Shown here: positions 9,001 to 16,388 of the stretch, in pieces | Numbering within the stretch: position 1 is the stretch's first letter | Layout of the letters: the number at the start of each line of letters is the position of its first letter | Assembly: GCA_008080735.1 (NCBI GenBank) | Contig: SHMW01000071.1 | Location: 1 to 21,891, forward strand | Origin: Promethearchaeota archaeon | GTDB taxonomy: Archaea; Asgardarchaeota; Lokiarchaeia; Sigyniarchaeales; SOKP01 | Length of the DNA stretch: 21,891 bases | Direction of reading: 5' to 3' | Position numbers and translations under genes: made by a program | Notes under the pieces: generated by a model | Told to the model about the DNA's origin: nothing | What the model saw: only the letters and a program-made list of their open reading frames with translations | Database searches by the model: none

Positions 9001-10524
9001 ATCATGGTATTTGATGAATTTTCAGAGGAAACACTCAACGGAGCTTTCATAAACTGTTGGAACGAATCCTCGGGAATTTTGATTAATACGGGAAATACTG
9101 ATGATTTGGGGATTTATAAAATTACCGGTCTTTATCCTGGAACTATGAAAATAGAAGTGAGTCTCATAGATTATCGTAATGTCACTAAGATTGTAGATCT
9201 AAATTGGGCGGGTGATCATAAGTCAGTTGAAATATATTTACAGCCGATATTCTATTCAGTTGATGGTCCTATTGCAATATTCAGAGACCAGTTACCTTGG
9301 GGATTAAATGTCACAGAACCGCTATTGATGAAATATAATATTTCGTACGATGTTTATAATTCTTCCGATTTCGGAACAATGGATTTATCATTCTACGAGA
9401 AGGTGATAATAAGCTCTGATCAAATTGCCAACTTTTATTCAGAGTTAGGAATTTATAGAGCGTGGTTTGAAAATTATGTGGAAAACGGAGGTCTTCTGGA
9501 GATCCATGCTGTGCCTGCCATCAATGATCATGCGTGGGAGACCCTTATTTTTCCTGGCAATATAGAAGTGACTAAGCTGTGGGCGGACTTAAATAACATA
9601 TCAATTACACAAATAAACCATCCAATGCTTCACACTCCATTTTTGGTGGAGGATGATGAATTAGATAACTGGTTTCCTTCAACCTATGGGTTTTTTGATA
9701 CGATACCACAAAATACAGTAGAAATACTTAATACTGAAGGGGATGGATATCCTGTGATGATTGAAGTTGATTTTGGAAAAGGGAATATCATAGCGACCTT
9801 GCAATTGATTGAATATTGTAATTATTATAATCGTACAAGGCTACTTGAGAATATGATTCTTTATGGGGGAACTGACATTATTTCCCCCTCGAGCAATATC
9901 AATTATAGTACGCTATTAAGTCCGAACTTTGTCACAGATACCGTCGCTTTCTCTTTAAGTGCATATGATGATGATTACGGCGTGGGAGTAAAAAATATAT
10001 CCTATAGGATCAATGAAGGGTCTTGGACTTCCTATACTATTTCCTTTACATTAGATGGATACACCGAAGGTTTATATACCATCGAATATTTCGCTACAGA
10101 TTTTAATGGAAATGAAGAGATCATTAAGGATGAGATAATATATTTAGATAACACCGCACCTTTAAGCAACCTTCATTTTGAACCTATTTCTGGGAATAAT
10201 ATTATCAGTGAAAATACCACATTTACTATCACATCTGATGATGGAATAGGTTCGGGAGTGGATAAGATTCATTACAGAATTGACGGGGGTTTTTGGATGA
10301 ATTATAGTGGAAATTTTAATTTAAGTGGATTCTCACCCGGAGAACATATCATCGAATTTTATGCGGTAGATTTCATTGGTAATTCTGAGTCAATACAAAC
10401 AATATCGATAAACATCCCTTCTGATGAAAATATCCTTGGAATACCGTTGACTTTATTAATGATTTTTTCTGCGATATCAATCGTCATTATAGTGGGTAAA
10501 ATTAGAAAGAATTATGAAAATTGA
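6094..10524 (+). CDS. Membrane-anchored multidomain V8-type (S1, glutamyl endopeptidase-like) serine protease: signal peptide, propeptide, protease, CARDB-like Ig, six carboxypeptidase-regulatory-like repeats, GATase-like domain, two Ig-like domains, C-terminal TM anchor
   Basis: Hydrophobic N-terminus; mature-start-like IIYSDDR followed by FPWSAICKI. Catalytic triad LTAGH (His 6697-6699), HDWAML (Asp 6847-6849) and DTNGGMSGGP (Ser 7069-7071). CARDB-like VENVG...GYYYIGWIID...DESNN; two YRI(N/D)xGxW...IE(Y/F)(F/Y)AxDFxGNxE repeats; C-terminal TM plus KIRK. Confidence 0.93.
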   Translation: MNFNLEKSHTILAIFLCSMFILPSLVIFSSINITDIALHKSEREENLINTIDMVPGLKAKELIEREQNFKEHKLFSSALDDPTIEWNPIEDFLDLENQKVESPSINPTKTVSLNLITGERDILEESSNLKYSGLNSMESYDSFSANDGSGGIIYSDDRQRINETEVFPWSAICKIYVTAANGSNFVGSGVIIDEYHVLTAGHVVYSHECGGWASSVKIVPGQDWFDSPFHHAYATNIRTYAGWTEDRMYQHDWAMLTLDRNIGSHTGWMNRRTADPSNLLYLENLNIAGYPVDLDSGFNMYWDEDIGDSADIYNHFYYMDTNGGMSGGPVWRYYNGQPEILTIHAYHQGDNHPNFGTRLNQDKYDRIFDWIAADTPPVDKPDFRDRGSSYSEVYGDNFQAGVSTISIDCDVENVGLAPDHTFVHFYASTDDFIGPGDYYLGNDYIQNIDPLSSSTANWNGLLPADIPEGYYYIGWIIDQGDYHAEHDESNNIGHHSQIVHIDGYSPPTSFIWVTARDDTNISHTLSDAYVIVEDESHTVIDTGYTDSEGHYNITGLEIGDYLITIVKEGYYTQTKSNYINYHDDDDYLVFNLQKKPYDSGYIEVTVKESSTSDPVDGAYVKCTNKSSGLLINTGYTDSNGFYNISGLTTGDWFEVEVSKLTYPSMTKSSHIEWNGDHKSLDFNLKQFAFDSGYIEVRAYNVSSGENLNGAMVECTNMTSGELIRTGSTDSEGFYNITNLTAGDAFQVNLSKTGEFYEQSQQSLINWNGDDDYLNFYLSEIPANAGYIEVNILDSNTRLPIGGALVECYYQSNDSLHSSGYTNINGEYRIENLEADWYEVKVSKVGYHSQIQSTSINWAGDDDYLTFDLLSLPPNSGYIEVTVNDLDTMAPVQSAEVICRSNDGTFFKSGYTDASGFYNLTGLSVGTWRVEIVKSGYEPTVKSQTINWNGDDDYLSFNLQSNPIDSGYIEIMVFDEFSEETLNGAFINCWNESSGILINTGNTDDLGIYKITGLYPGTMKIEVSLIDYRNVTKIVDLNWAGDHKSVEIYLQPIFYSVDGPIAIFRDQLPWGLNVTEPLLMKYNISYDVYNSSDFGTMDLSFYEKVIISSDQIANFYSELGIYRAWFENYVENGGLLEIHAVPAINDHAWETLIFPGNIEVTKLWADLNNISITQINHPMLHTPFLVEDDELDNWFPSTYGFFDTIPQNTVEILNTEGDGYPVMIEVDFGKGNIIATLQLIEYCNYYNRTRLLENMILYGGTDIISPSSNINYSTLLSPNFVTDTVAFSLSAYDDDYGVGVKNISYRINEGSWTSYTISFTLDGYTEGLYTIEYFATDFNGNEEIIKDEIIYLDNTAPLSNLHFEPISGNNIISENTTFTITSDDGIGSGVDKIHYRIDGGFWMNYSGNFNLSGFSPGEHIIEFYAVDFIGNSESIQTISINIPSDENILGIPLTLLMIFSAISIVIIVGKIRKNYEN
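7615..9250 (+). repeat. Six tandem ~90-93-aa beta-sandwich repeats within the S1 protease
   Basis: Repeat starts at about 7615, 7885, 8161, 8440, 8713 and 8983 (spacing 270-279 nt). Consensus DSGYIEV...GAxVxC...TGYTDSxGFYNITGL...VSKxGY...INWNGDDDYLxFxL. GATAGTGGATATAT recurs at DNA level (7885, 8161, 8983). Confidence 0.93.
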
Positions 10525-10526
10525 AC

Positions 10527-10557
10527 TTTTTCTTATTTAATTTAATTTTTTTTTTTA
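10527..10557 (+). terminator. Oligo-T terminator after the S1 protease gene
   Basis: T-rich tract including an 11-T run just downstream of the TGA at 10522-10524. Confidence 0.6.
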
Positions 10558-10636
10558 TTGAAATGAATCCATATCATCCATTAACATATTAGAATTTAAA
10601 AAATATAACCCATACATTTAAGGTATATTGATGGAT

Positions 10637-10644
10637 TTTATAAG
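10637..10644 (+). promoter_or_regulatory. Candidate TATA box of the 7TM gene
   Basis: TTTATAAG ending 35 nt before the ATG at 10679, consistent with a near-leaderless archaeal transcript. Confidence 0.55.
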
Positions 10645-10678
10645 TAAATAACAAAATGAATAACCAGAGTCGTTTCAA

Positions 10679-11434
10679 ATGTCAATTGATCCAATTTTGC
10701 AGATCATGCTTAACGTATTCAGTTTAATTTTTGTAGTTGTTAATCTATTAGTGGGCGCCAGAATAATATCAAAATATTTTGAATTGAGAAATAAAGTATT
10801 TATTTATATTGGTTTTGCATGGATCGGGATAGCTTTTCCTTGGCTTCCCGAAATATTTAATCTAATTTTTCGCCTAATTAATTTGCAGGCAAATGATCTG
10901 TTTTTATTGATATTATTTGCCATAGTGAATTTGATTGTAATCCCTCCCTTTGTAATTTTATGGATATTAGCGTTAAATAAGCTTACGGGAATAAGAGATA
11001 TTTTCAAAAAAATATTATTAATATCAGCCATAATTCTGAGCGTTGTTTTCGAACTATTTATTTTCGTATTTCTATCCATTGATTCACCATTGGTGGGAAA
11101 AGTGTCAGAAACCCGTGAATATACAGTGAATTGGAGCACATATGTGAATTTACTATTAATAGTTCTCTTGGTATTTATATTAGTGACTGGTTTAATATTT
11201 GGAAAAGAGTCCTTAAATTCAAAAGATACAACTGTAAATTTAAAAGGTAAGTTTCTACTTTCAGCCTTCGTTTTATTTGCCATCGCAGCTGCTCTTGATT
11301 CAATTTTCACTGTACAGACTTCATATGGAATAATTTTAAAAATAATCGCTCGCATAATGTTGATGGTCAGTTCCATTCTATTCTATATTGGTTTTATCAT
11401 GCCAGAGAGAATTGAGAATTGGCTTATAAAATAG
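10679..11434 (+). CDS. Stand-alone seven-transmembrane protein of unknown function
   Basis: Seven hydrophobic stretches by inspection, with basic loops after TM1, TM3 and TM5 (KYFELRNK, RDIFKK, KESLNSKDTTVNLKGK) implying N-out/C-in topology. Short C-tail PERIENWLIK and no soluble domain. Confidence 0.85.
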   Translation: MSIDPILQIMLNVFSLIFVVVNLLVGARIISKYFELRNKVFIYIGFAWIGIAFPWLPEIFNLIFRLINLQANDLFLLILFAIVNLIVIPPFVILWILALNKLTGIRDIFKKILLISAIILSVVFELFIFVFLSIDSPLVGKVSETREYTVNWSTYVNLLLIVLLVFILVTGLIFGKESLNSKDTTVNLKGKFLLSAFVLFAIAAALDSIFTVQTSYGIILKIIARIMLMVSSILFYIGFIMPERIENWLIK

Positions 11435-11575
11435 AAATAGTAACCAAAAATCCGATAAGCACCCTCTCTTATGGTTTTATTATATCATATGAGAGACTGA
11501 AAACTAATATATTTATTAAATTCTCATTTATCTAATGTAAAGATATTAGTAAATTTAGAAAAAGAAACTGAAAAC

Positions 11576-12790
11576 ATGGAAAATAATTTTCGAAATCGAT
11601 ATTATCTAATATTAATTTCCTCGGTACTTGGTCCTTTAAGCACGAATTCATTAGTTCCTATTTTTGAGCAATTACGGATAAATTACTATCTTAGCTCAGT
11701 AACGTTTATTTCCTTAGCATTTTTCGTCTATATGTTTCCTTTTGCGATTATGCAATTATTTGCTGGTTCTTTTTCCGATATTGTTGACAGAAAAAAAGTC
11801 GTTTATATGGGTTATTTTATCTTTTTAATCGGTCTTTCTCTGACGGTATTATCTATTTTTCTCAGAAGCTACGTATTATTCTTGATGGGATTTTTATTTC
11901 AGGGAATTGGATTCTCTTTCATAAATCCGACCGTTTTAGCTATCATTTCGATAATCACACCTGAAAAGAGAGAAGGATTGATGATGGGATTATACAATTC
12001 ATCCGCAGGTATAGGCGTGAGTGGTGGTGCGATTATCTCTGGTCTATTGGCAAACATCGATTGGAGGTTATTATTTATTTTGAATCCAATTATCACAGTC
12101 CTATCGTTAATTCTATTTATTTATGCCCTGAAAAACTGTGAAGCTTTAGTCTGCAGAACTTATGAGCTAAATGAAGGATCGAAAATGATAAATATAAAAC
12201 TGAAGATTAAAGAACTCTATTCCCAACTACAAGAGAATTTTAAGATCAATATTTTATTACTTGGGATGCTTGGATTCTTCGCATTTTTTGGGGTGATAAC
12301 ATTAACTAATACTTTAAATGATCAGATTCGTTTAAACATACCATATTTAAACAGTATAGAGGTTACGAACTACGTCAGCCTTATTCTTACAGTAAATGGG
12401 TTAATTTCTGTTGGGATTTCGCCATTTAGTGGTAATATTTTAAATAAAATTCGTCCTCTTATAATGATAGCTATTGGGTTTTTCTTAATGATCGCGATTT
12501 CTGGTATGCCACTCGCGAGTTCGATTCCCGTTTTTATGATGATAAGTTTTACAATATATCTCGGATCTGCCTTTATTTGGCCGGCGTTATTTAAAGAAGC
12601 GATGGATTTAAATCCTGAAGCGCGAGGCACCAACTCAGCAATTATCAATAGCCTTAGATTTTTGGGATATTCAATGGTAGGTGTATTTTATGCTTTTTTT
12701 AATATCCCAGTAATATATTACTTTGTCTTGGTTTTCGTCTTCGTTTCTTTGATTATTATACTCCTTCTAATGTTTTATATAAAAACGTAA
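11576..12790 (+). CDS. MFS transporter, drug:H+ antiporter (DHA1)-like
   Basis: About 12 TM segments in two halves with a central hydrophilic loop. Motif A variant GSFSDIVDRKKV; PEKREGLMMGLYN...G.SGGAIISG (motif C-like); PEARGTNSAIINSLRFLG. Confidence 0.9.
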   Translation: MENNFRNRYYLILISSVLGPLSTNSLVPIFEQLRINYYLSSVTFISLAFFVYMFPFAIMQLFAGSFSDIVDRKKVVYMGYFIFLIGLSLTVLSIFLRSYVLFLMGFLFQGIGFSFINPTVLAIISIITPEKREGLMMGLYNSSAGIGVSGGAIISGLLANIDWRLLFILNPIITVLSLILFIYALKNCEALVCRTYELNEGSKMINIKLKIKELYSQLQENFKINILLLGMLGFFAFFGVITLTNTLNDQIRLNIPYLNSIEVTNYVSLILTVNGLISVGISPFSGNILNKIRPLIMIAIGFFLMIAISGMPLASSIPVFMMISFTIYLGSAFIWPALFKEAMDLNPEARGTNSAIINSLRFLGYSMVGVFYAFFNIPVIYYFVLVFVFVSLIIILLLMFYIKT

Positions 12791-12935
12791 TTCGACACTT
12801 TATGAATCATATGTTCAATTTTTATATTAATTTTTAAATAATATGGATTTCCTAATTGTAAATCTTTAAATACTAGCTTATCCCAATAAATCACTAAATA
12901 ACGATTCACTCTAAAATAAAAAAAGTTGAAATAGT

Positions 12936-13352
12936 ATGTTTGAAAAAATAAAAAATGTCGAACCAGAGGCAAAGCTCCGCGTGATGTTTCTCTTTAACAT
13001 AGTAACATTATTACCCTTTGGTTTATTCATGATAATATTACCCGGAGTTTTTATCGATCTCTTCAATTGGCCCTCACAAGATCCCTATATTTTTGGGGTT
13101 GCAGCTTCAATTTGGGTAATATTCGGATTTCTCTCTATATTTGGTTATTCCGATGCAAACAAATATATTCCTATATTATTAATGCAATTATTTTATCAGG
13201 TTGTCTGGATATTTGGTGTATTCTTAGTAAATGCAATAATAAATCCTCCTATTACATTCTGGGGATTAGTTTTGCTTGTATTCATGACTATTTATACAGT
13301 TGGAGATCTTTTAGTGATCCCATTTAGAATTTTTTTTGAAATCTCAAAATAA
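12936..13352 (+). CDS. Small four-TM membrane protein of unknown function
   Basis: Four hydrophobic segments, a FNWPSQDP loop and a C-terminal VGDLLVIPF; followed by T-runs. Confidence 0.8.
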   Translation: MFEKIKNVEPEAKLRVMFLFNIVTLLPFGLFMIILPGVFIDLFNWPSQDPYIFGVAASIWVIFGFLSIFGYSDANKYIPILLMQLFYQVVWIFGVFLVNAIINPPITFWGLVLLVFMTIYTVGDLLVIPFRIFFEISK

Positions 13353-13380
13353 CTTTTTTATTTTTTCTAATTTTTGATAT
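13353..13380. terminator. Short convergent intergenic region with + strand oligo-T tracts
   Basis: 28 nt between convergent stop codons, containing three T-runs on the + strand. Confidence 0.5.
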
Positions 13381-14097
13381 TTAAGTCTTTAACTTCGAAA
13401 TAAACGTTCCATCTTCAATCTGATATATTTGGTTTGTTCTCTTAGCAACTTTAATATCATGAGTAACCACAACGATTGTTTGGTGTTCAGATCTATTGAG
13501 AGTTTCAAGATAATCCATAATAATTTCTCCAGTATGAGAATCTAAATCTCCAGTTAATTCGTCTGCCAAAACAATACTAGGTTTGTTAACCAAAGCACGT
13601 GCGATTGCAACCCGTTGTTGTTGTCCTCCAGAAAGCTCATTTGGTTTGTGTTCTCGATGGCGATTTAGTCCTACTTTTTCTAGTATATCGTTTACTCGTT
13701 TCACTCTTTCATTCTTCTTCATCCCTGAAATAATCAATGGTAATTCTATATTTTCAAAACAAGTTAAAACTGGTATGAGATTAAAAAATTGAAAAACAAA
13801 TCCAATTTCATTCCTTCGCAATTTGGTTAACTGGGAATCATCTAATTTTTCTAAATCAAGATTATTGATGAAAACTTTTCCCTTTGTTGGTAAATCTAAT
13901 GCTCCCATTATATTCAATAAAGTAGTTTTACCAGAGCCAGAAGGACCCATTACAGAAATAAAATCTCCCTTGTCTACATTCAAGTTAACATTATCTAGGG
14001 CGATAACTTCGCTCTGACCTAGTTTATAGATTTTGTAAACATCTTGTAGGACTAATACATGATCATCATCTGAATTATCTTTATAAAATTCACTCAT
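13381..14097 (-). CDS. ABC transporter ATP-binding subunit, LolD/MacB/SalX family
   Basis: Walker A GPSGSGKT, Q-loop IGFVFQFFNL, signature LSGGQQQR, Walker B IVLADE and H-loop VVTHD. Its ATG directly abuts the permease stop codon (14097/14098). Confidence 0.96.
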   Translation of the reverse strand: MSEFYKDNSDDDHVLVLQDVYKIYKLGQSEVIALDNVNLNVDKGDFISVMGPSGSGKTTLLNIMGALDLPTKGKVFINNLDLEKLDDSQLTKLRRNEIGFVFQFFNLIPVLTCFENIELPLIISGMKKNERVKRVNDILEKVGLNRHREHKPNELSGGQQQRVAIARALVNKPSIVLADELTGDLDSHTGEIIMDYLETLNRSEHQTIVVVTHDIKVAKRTNQIYQIEDGTFISKLKT

Positions 14098-16284
14098 CTA
14101 AATTCCTCTATTTCTAATATTTGAAATTATATTTAATCGATTTGCTTTTATCGCTGGGATTATTGAGCCCAAAATAGTAAGAGAGAGCATAACTACTGAT
14201 ACAATTATTATGTCATTCCAATTTATTTTAAAAATAAAGGGTACGTAGGCAATAAAGGGTACATCTGATAAAAGATACCCTCCCAATATTCCACATATTA
14301 ATCCGACAATTATTGAAGTTACTCCTATTATAAATATTTCTCCCGAAATTATCTTAAGAATCTGAAATTTTGATGTTCCTATTGCTCGGAAGATCCCAAT
14401 CTCATTTTGTCTTTGGCTGATATTCATCAGCATAGATGTAATAGTCCCAAAAATAGAGATTATCATTGCCATATAGAGAATACTTACTATGATAATTAAA
14501 ATCAAATTTACAATTTCCTTAATTAAAGTAATTTCATCATTTACTGTTCGATACATCCAACCATTATCGAAATTTACCGTATTCCACGGATCTCCTAAAC
14601 TCAAATAAAGGTCTTGGATTTGGTCTCTAAGATTATTAGCATCTAAAGGATTTTTACATCCAACCCAGAAATTGGAAGTTGTTTGATTAAAACCCACGCC
14701 TGTTATATTAAAATATGTTTCCCATGAAATGATTCCACAATATTCATGCTCTTCTGCATTACCTTCAAAAAATGAATGATAAATCCCTGGTAAAATATCA
14801 AAAAACCCTACTAGAGTGAGGTTTTCATTTAATGAAGGAAAAGCCCATGAATTGGTCACGACATTTACTTCTTCTCCAACAAGTTTGTTTATTTCGACAG
14901 ATAATTCCTCTTGTAATAAGATTGTGCCAATTTGGTTTAATTGAATGATGAAATCGCTAAAAGAATTTGAACCCTCATATTCATAAATAGAATTTTGTTC
15001 ATGCATTTCAACATACGCAGATGTATTAATCACATATAATATAAATTCATCATTGGTATCGAGTCCAAAACCTTCTATTTTAGAATTTTTTCCAATTGTA
15101 TTTTTCACTTCGCATACTGTTTCAATACCATCCAATTGATTAAGATATAAACTGGTATTCATGGGAATCTTCGTCTGATCAGAAGACCATTGAATACCTA
15201 AACGAATATCTCCACCAAGACGCATTCTTGCCCCAGGAACAATACCAGCATCTATTGAACTGAAAATGATTTGTATCATAATTAAGAGGGCTAATGCCAT
15301 TGAAATGATGAAAAACGTGTTGCGAGAGCGTCTCAAATTACGCTCGATATTTCTTTGACAGATCTTTCGGATTTTCAAGAGAATGGGACTAAGCAAATAG
15401 GAAATAGCTCGGGTTAAATAAGGTAAAACGGTTCCTCCTAATATAATGGAACCAGCTATAAAAATGGTGCCACCAATGAAGAGGAAAAGGATAGATAGAC
15501 TTGATTCAAGGGTTGGACTGTCGGAGAATGACAACAATCCACTATAACTTAAGGAGATGAGAATTATGCTCCCAATTATGAAAAACAACGAAATAATTAA
15601 TTTAAAAATTGAAAAACCCCATTTTTTAATCTTGTGAACTCGTGTGCGTAAATAAGGTCGTAATGCGCTTAAAATTTCCGTCTTAGATGCTTTATATGCA
15701 GGTATCATTCCGAATAATATGGGAATCAGCAACCCAGAAAGAATAGTTAGAGAATAAGTAAGCGGACTTATGAAAAGTTCTACATTGAATTCTGTATCTA
15801 AAGACAAAAAACTGCCTAATACACTTTTTAATGGACCAAAAAAAAGATTTGAAAGAAAGTATCCAAATATTAATCCAATTAGAAGACCAATTATGGCAAA
15901 AATTATTACTTGAAAGAAAATCGTTAAGAAAATACTGGTCTTTGTCATTCCGAGAGTTCTTAGCAAACCTATTTCATATATTTGGTTCTCTCGGGACATC
16001 TCCATAAGATTCTTGATGATAATCACACATATTATGAGAGAAATACCAGATAATGCCATAAGTACACCTCTAAAGAGATAAATCCATGCTTCAACATCAC
16101 CTAATTCAGATGAGTCAAAATTGTTATAGAGAGAAGATTCCAAGGAATCTATGGCAATGTTTACGGAAAAAAAGAGACCAATCCCAAGAATTATGGATAA
16201 TATAGTGAAAAGCGAACGGATAGGATGTTTTAAAAGATTTCTATAAGCGATCTTAATCTCGATTGATTTATTACATGTAAACAT
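14098..16284 (-). CDS. ABC transporter permease, FtsX/MacB/SalY-like, with two FtsX-type membrane modules
   Basis: IAYRNLLKHPIRSLFTILSI and RNIERNLRRSRNTF starts; two coupling motifs, EIGLLRTLGMTK and EIGIFRAIGTSK; two PA ends (IPAYKASK, IPAIKANR). Only the second half has a large (~240-aa) extracellular domain. Confidence 0.93.
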   Translation of the reverse strand: MFTCNKSIEIKIAYRNLLKHPIRSLFTILSIILGIGLFFSVNIAIDSLESSLYNNFDSSELGDVEAWIYLFRGVLMALSGISLIICVIIIKNLMEMSRENQIYEIGLLRTLGMTKTSIFLTIFFQVIIFAIIGLLIGLIFGYFLSNLFFGPLKSVLGSFLSLDTEFNVELFISPLTYSLTILSGLLIPILFGMIPAYKASKTEILSALRPYLRTRVHKIKKWGFSIFKLIISLFFIIGSIILISLSYSGLLSFSDSPTLESSLSILFLFIGGTIFIAGSIILGGTVLPYLTRAISYLLSPILLKIRKICQRNIERNLRRSRNTFFIISMALALLIMIQIIFSSIDAGIVPGARMRLGGDIRLGIQWSSDQTKIPMNTSLYLNQLDGIETVCEVKNTIGKNSKIEGFGLDTNDEFILYVINTSAYVEMHEQNSIYEYEGSNSFSDFIIQLNQIGTILLQEELSVEINKLVGEEVNVVTNSWAFPSLNENLTLVGFFDILPGIYHSFFEGNAEEHEYCGIISWETYFNITGVGFNQTTSNFWVGCKNPLDANNLRDQIQDLYLSLGDPWNTVNFDNGWMYRTVNDEITLIKEIVNLILIIIVSILYMAMIISIFGTITSMLMNISQRQNEIGIFRAIGTSKFQILKIISGEIFIIGVTSIIVGLICGILGGYLLSDVPFIAYVPFIFKINWNDIIIVSVVMLSLTILGSIIPAIKANRLNIISNIRNRGI

Positions 16285-16365
16285 CCTTCTCTTGATCCTA
16301 AATTAATTTTTAAAAATCCTATTTTACAATCTCAAAAATAGAACGCTTATTTAAATGTACTCAAT

Positions 16366-16385
16366 TAAGAAAAAAGAAAAAAAAT
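16366..16385 (-). terminator. Oligo-T tract after the subtilase gene
   Basis: On the minus strand TTTTTTTTCTTTTTTCTT follows the stop codon, suggesting the ABC operon has its own promoter (TTTAAATA on the minus strand at 16348-16355). Confidence 0.5.
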
Positions 16386-16388
16386 CTA

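Noticed and set aside
7615-9250. Periodic DNA repeats as a CRISPR array or mobile repeats
   Set aside because: The period is 270-279 nt, in frame and degenerate at synonymous sites, so these are protein domain repeats.
10804-11376. 190-aa minus-strand ORF
   Set aside because: Antisense to the 7TM gene; its Asn/Lys/Ile-rich composition is the expected mirror of hydrophobic codons.
10679-11434. 7TM protein as a microbial rhodopsin or schizorhodopsin
   Set aside because: No retinal-binding Lys in mid-helix 7 (no DxxxK or SxxxK pattern) and no RYxxW-type helix 3 motif.
13540-13575. D-loop variant DELTGDLD instead of DEPTGNLD as a sign of an inactive ATPase
   Set aside because: Walker A, Walker B Glu, signature, Q-loop and H-loop are all intact, so this is likely a tolerated variant.
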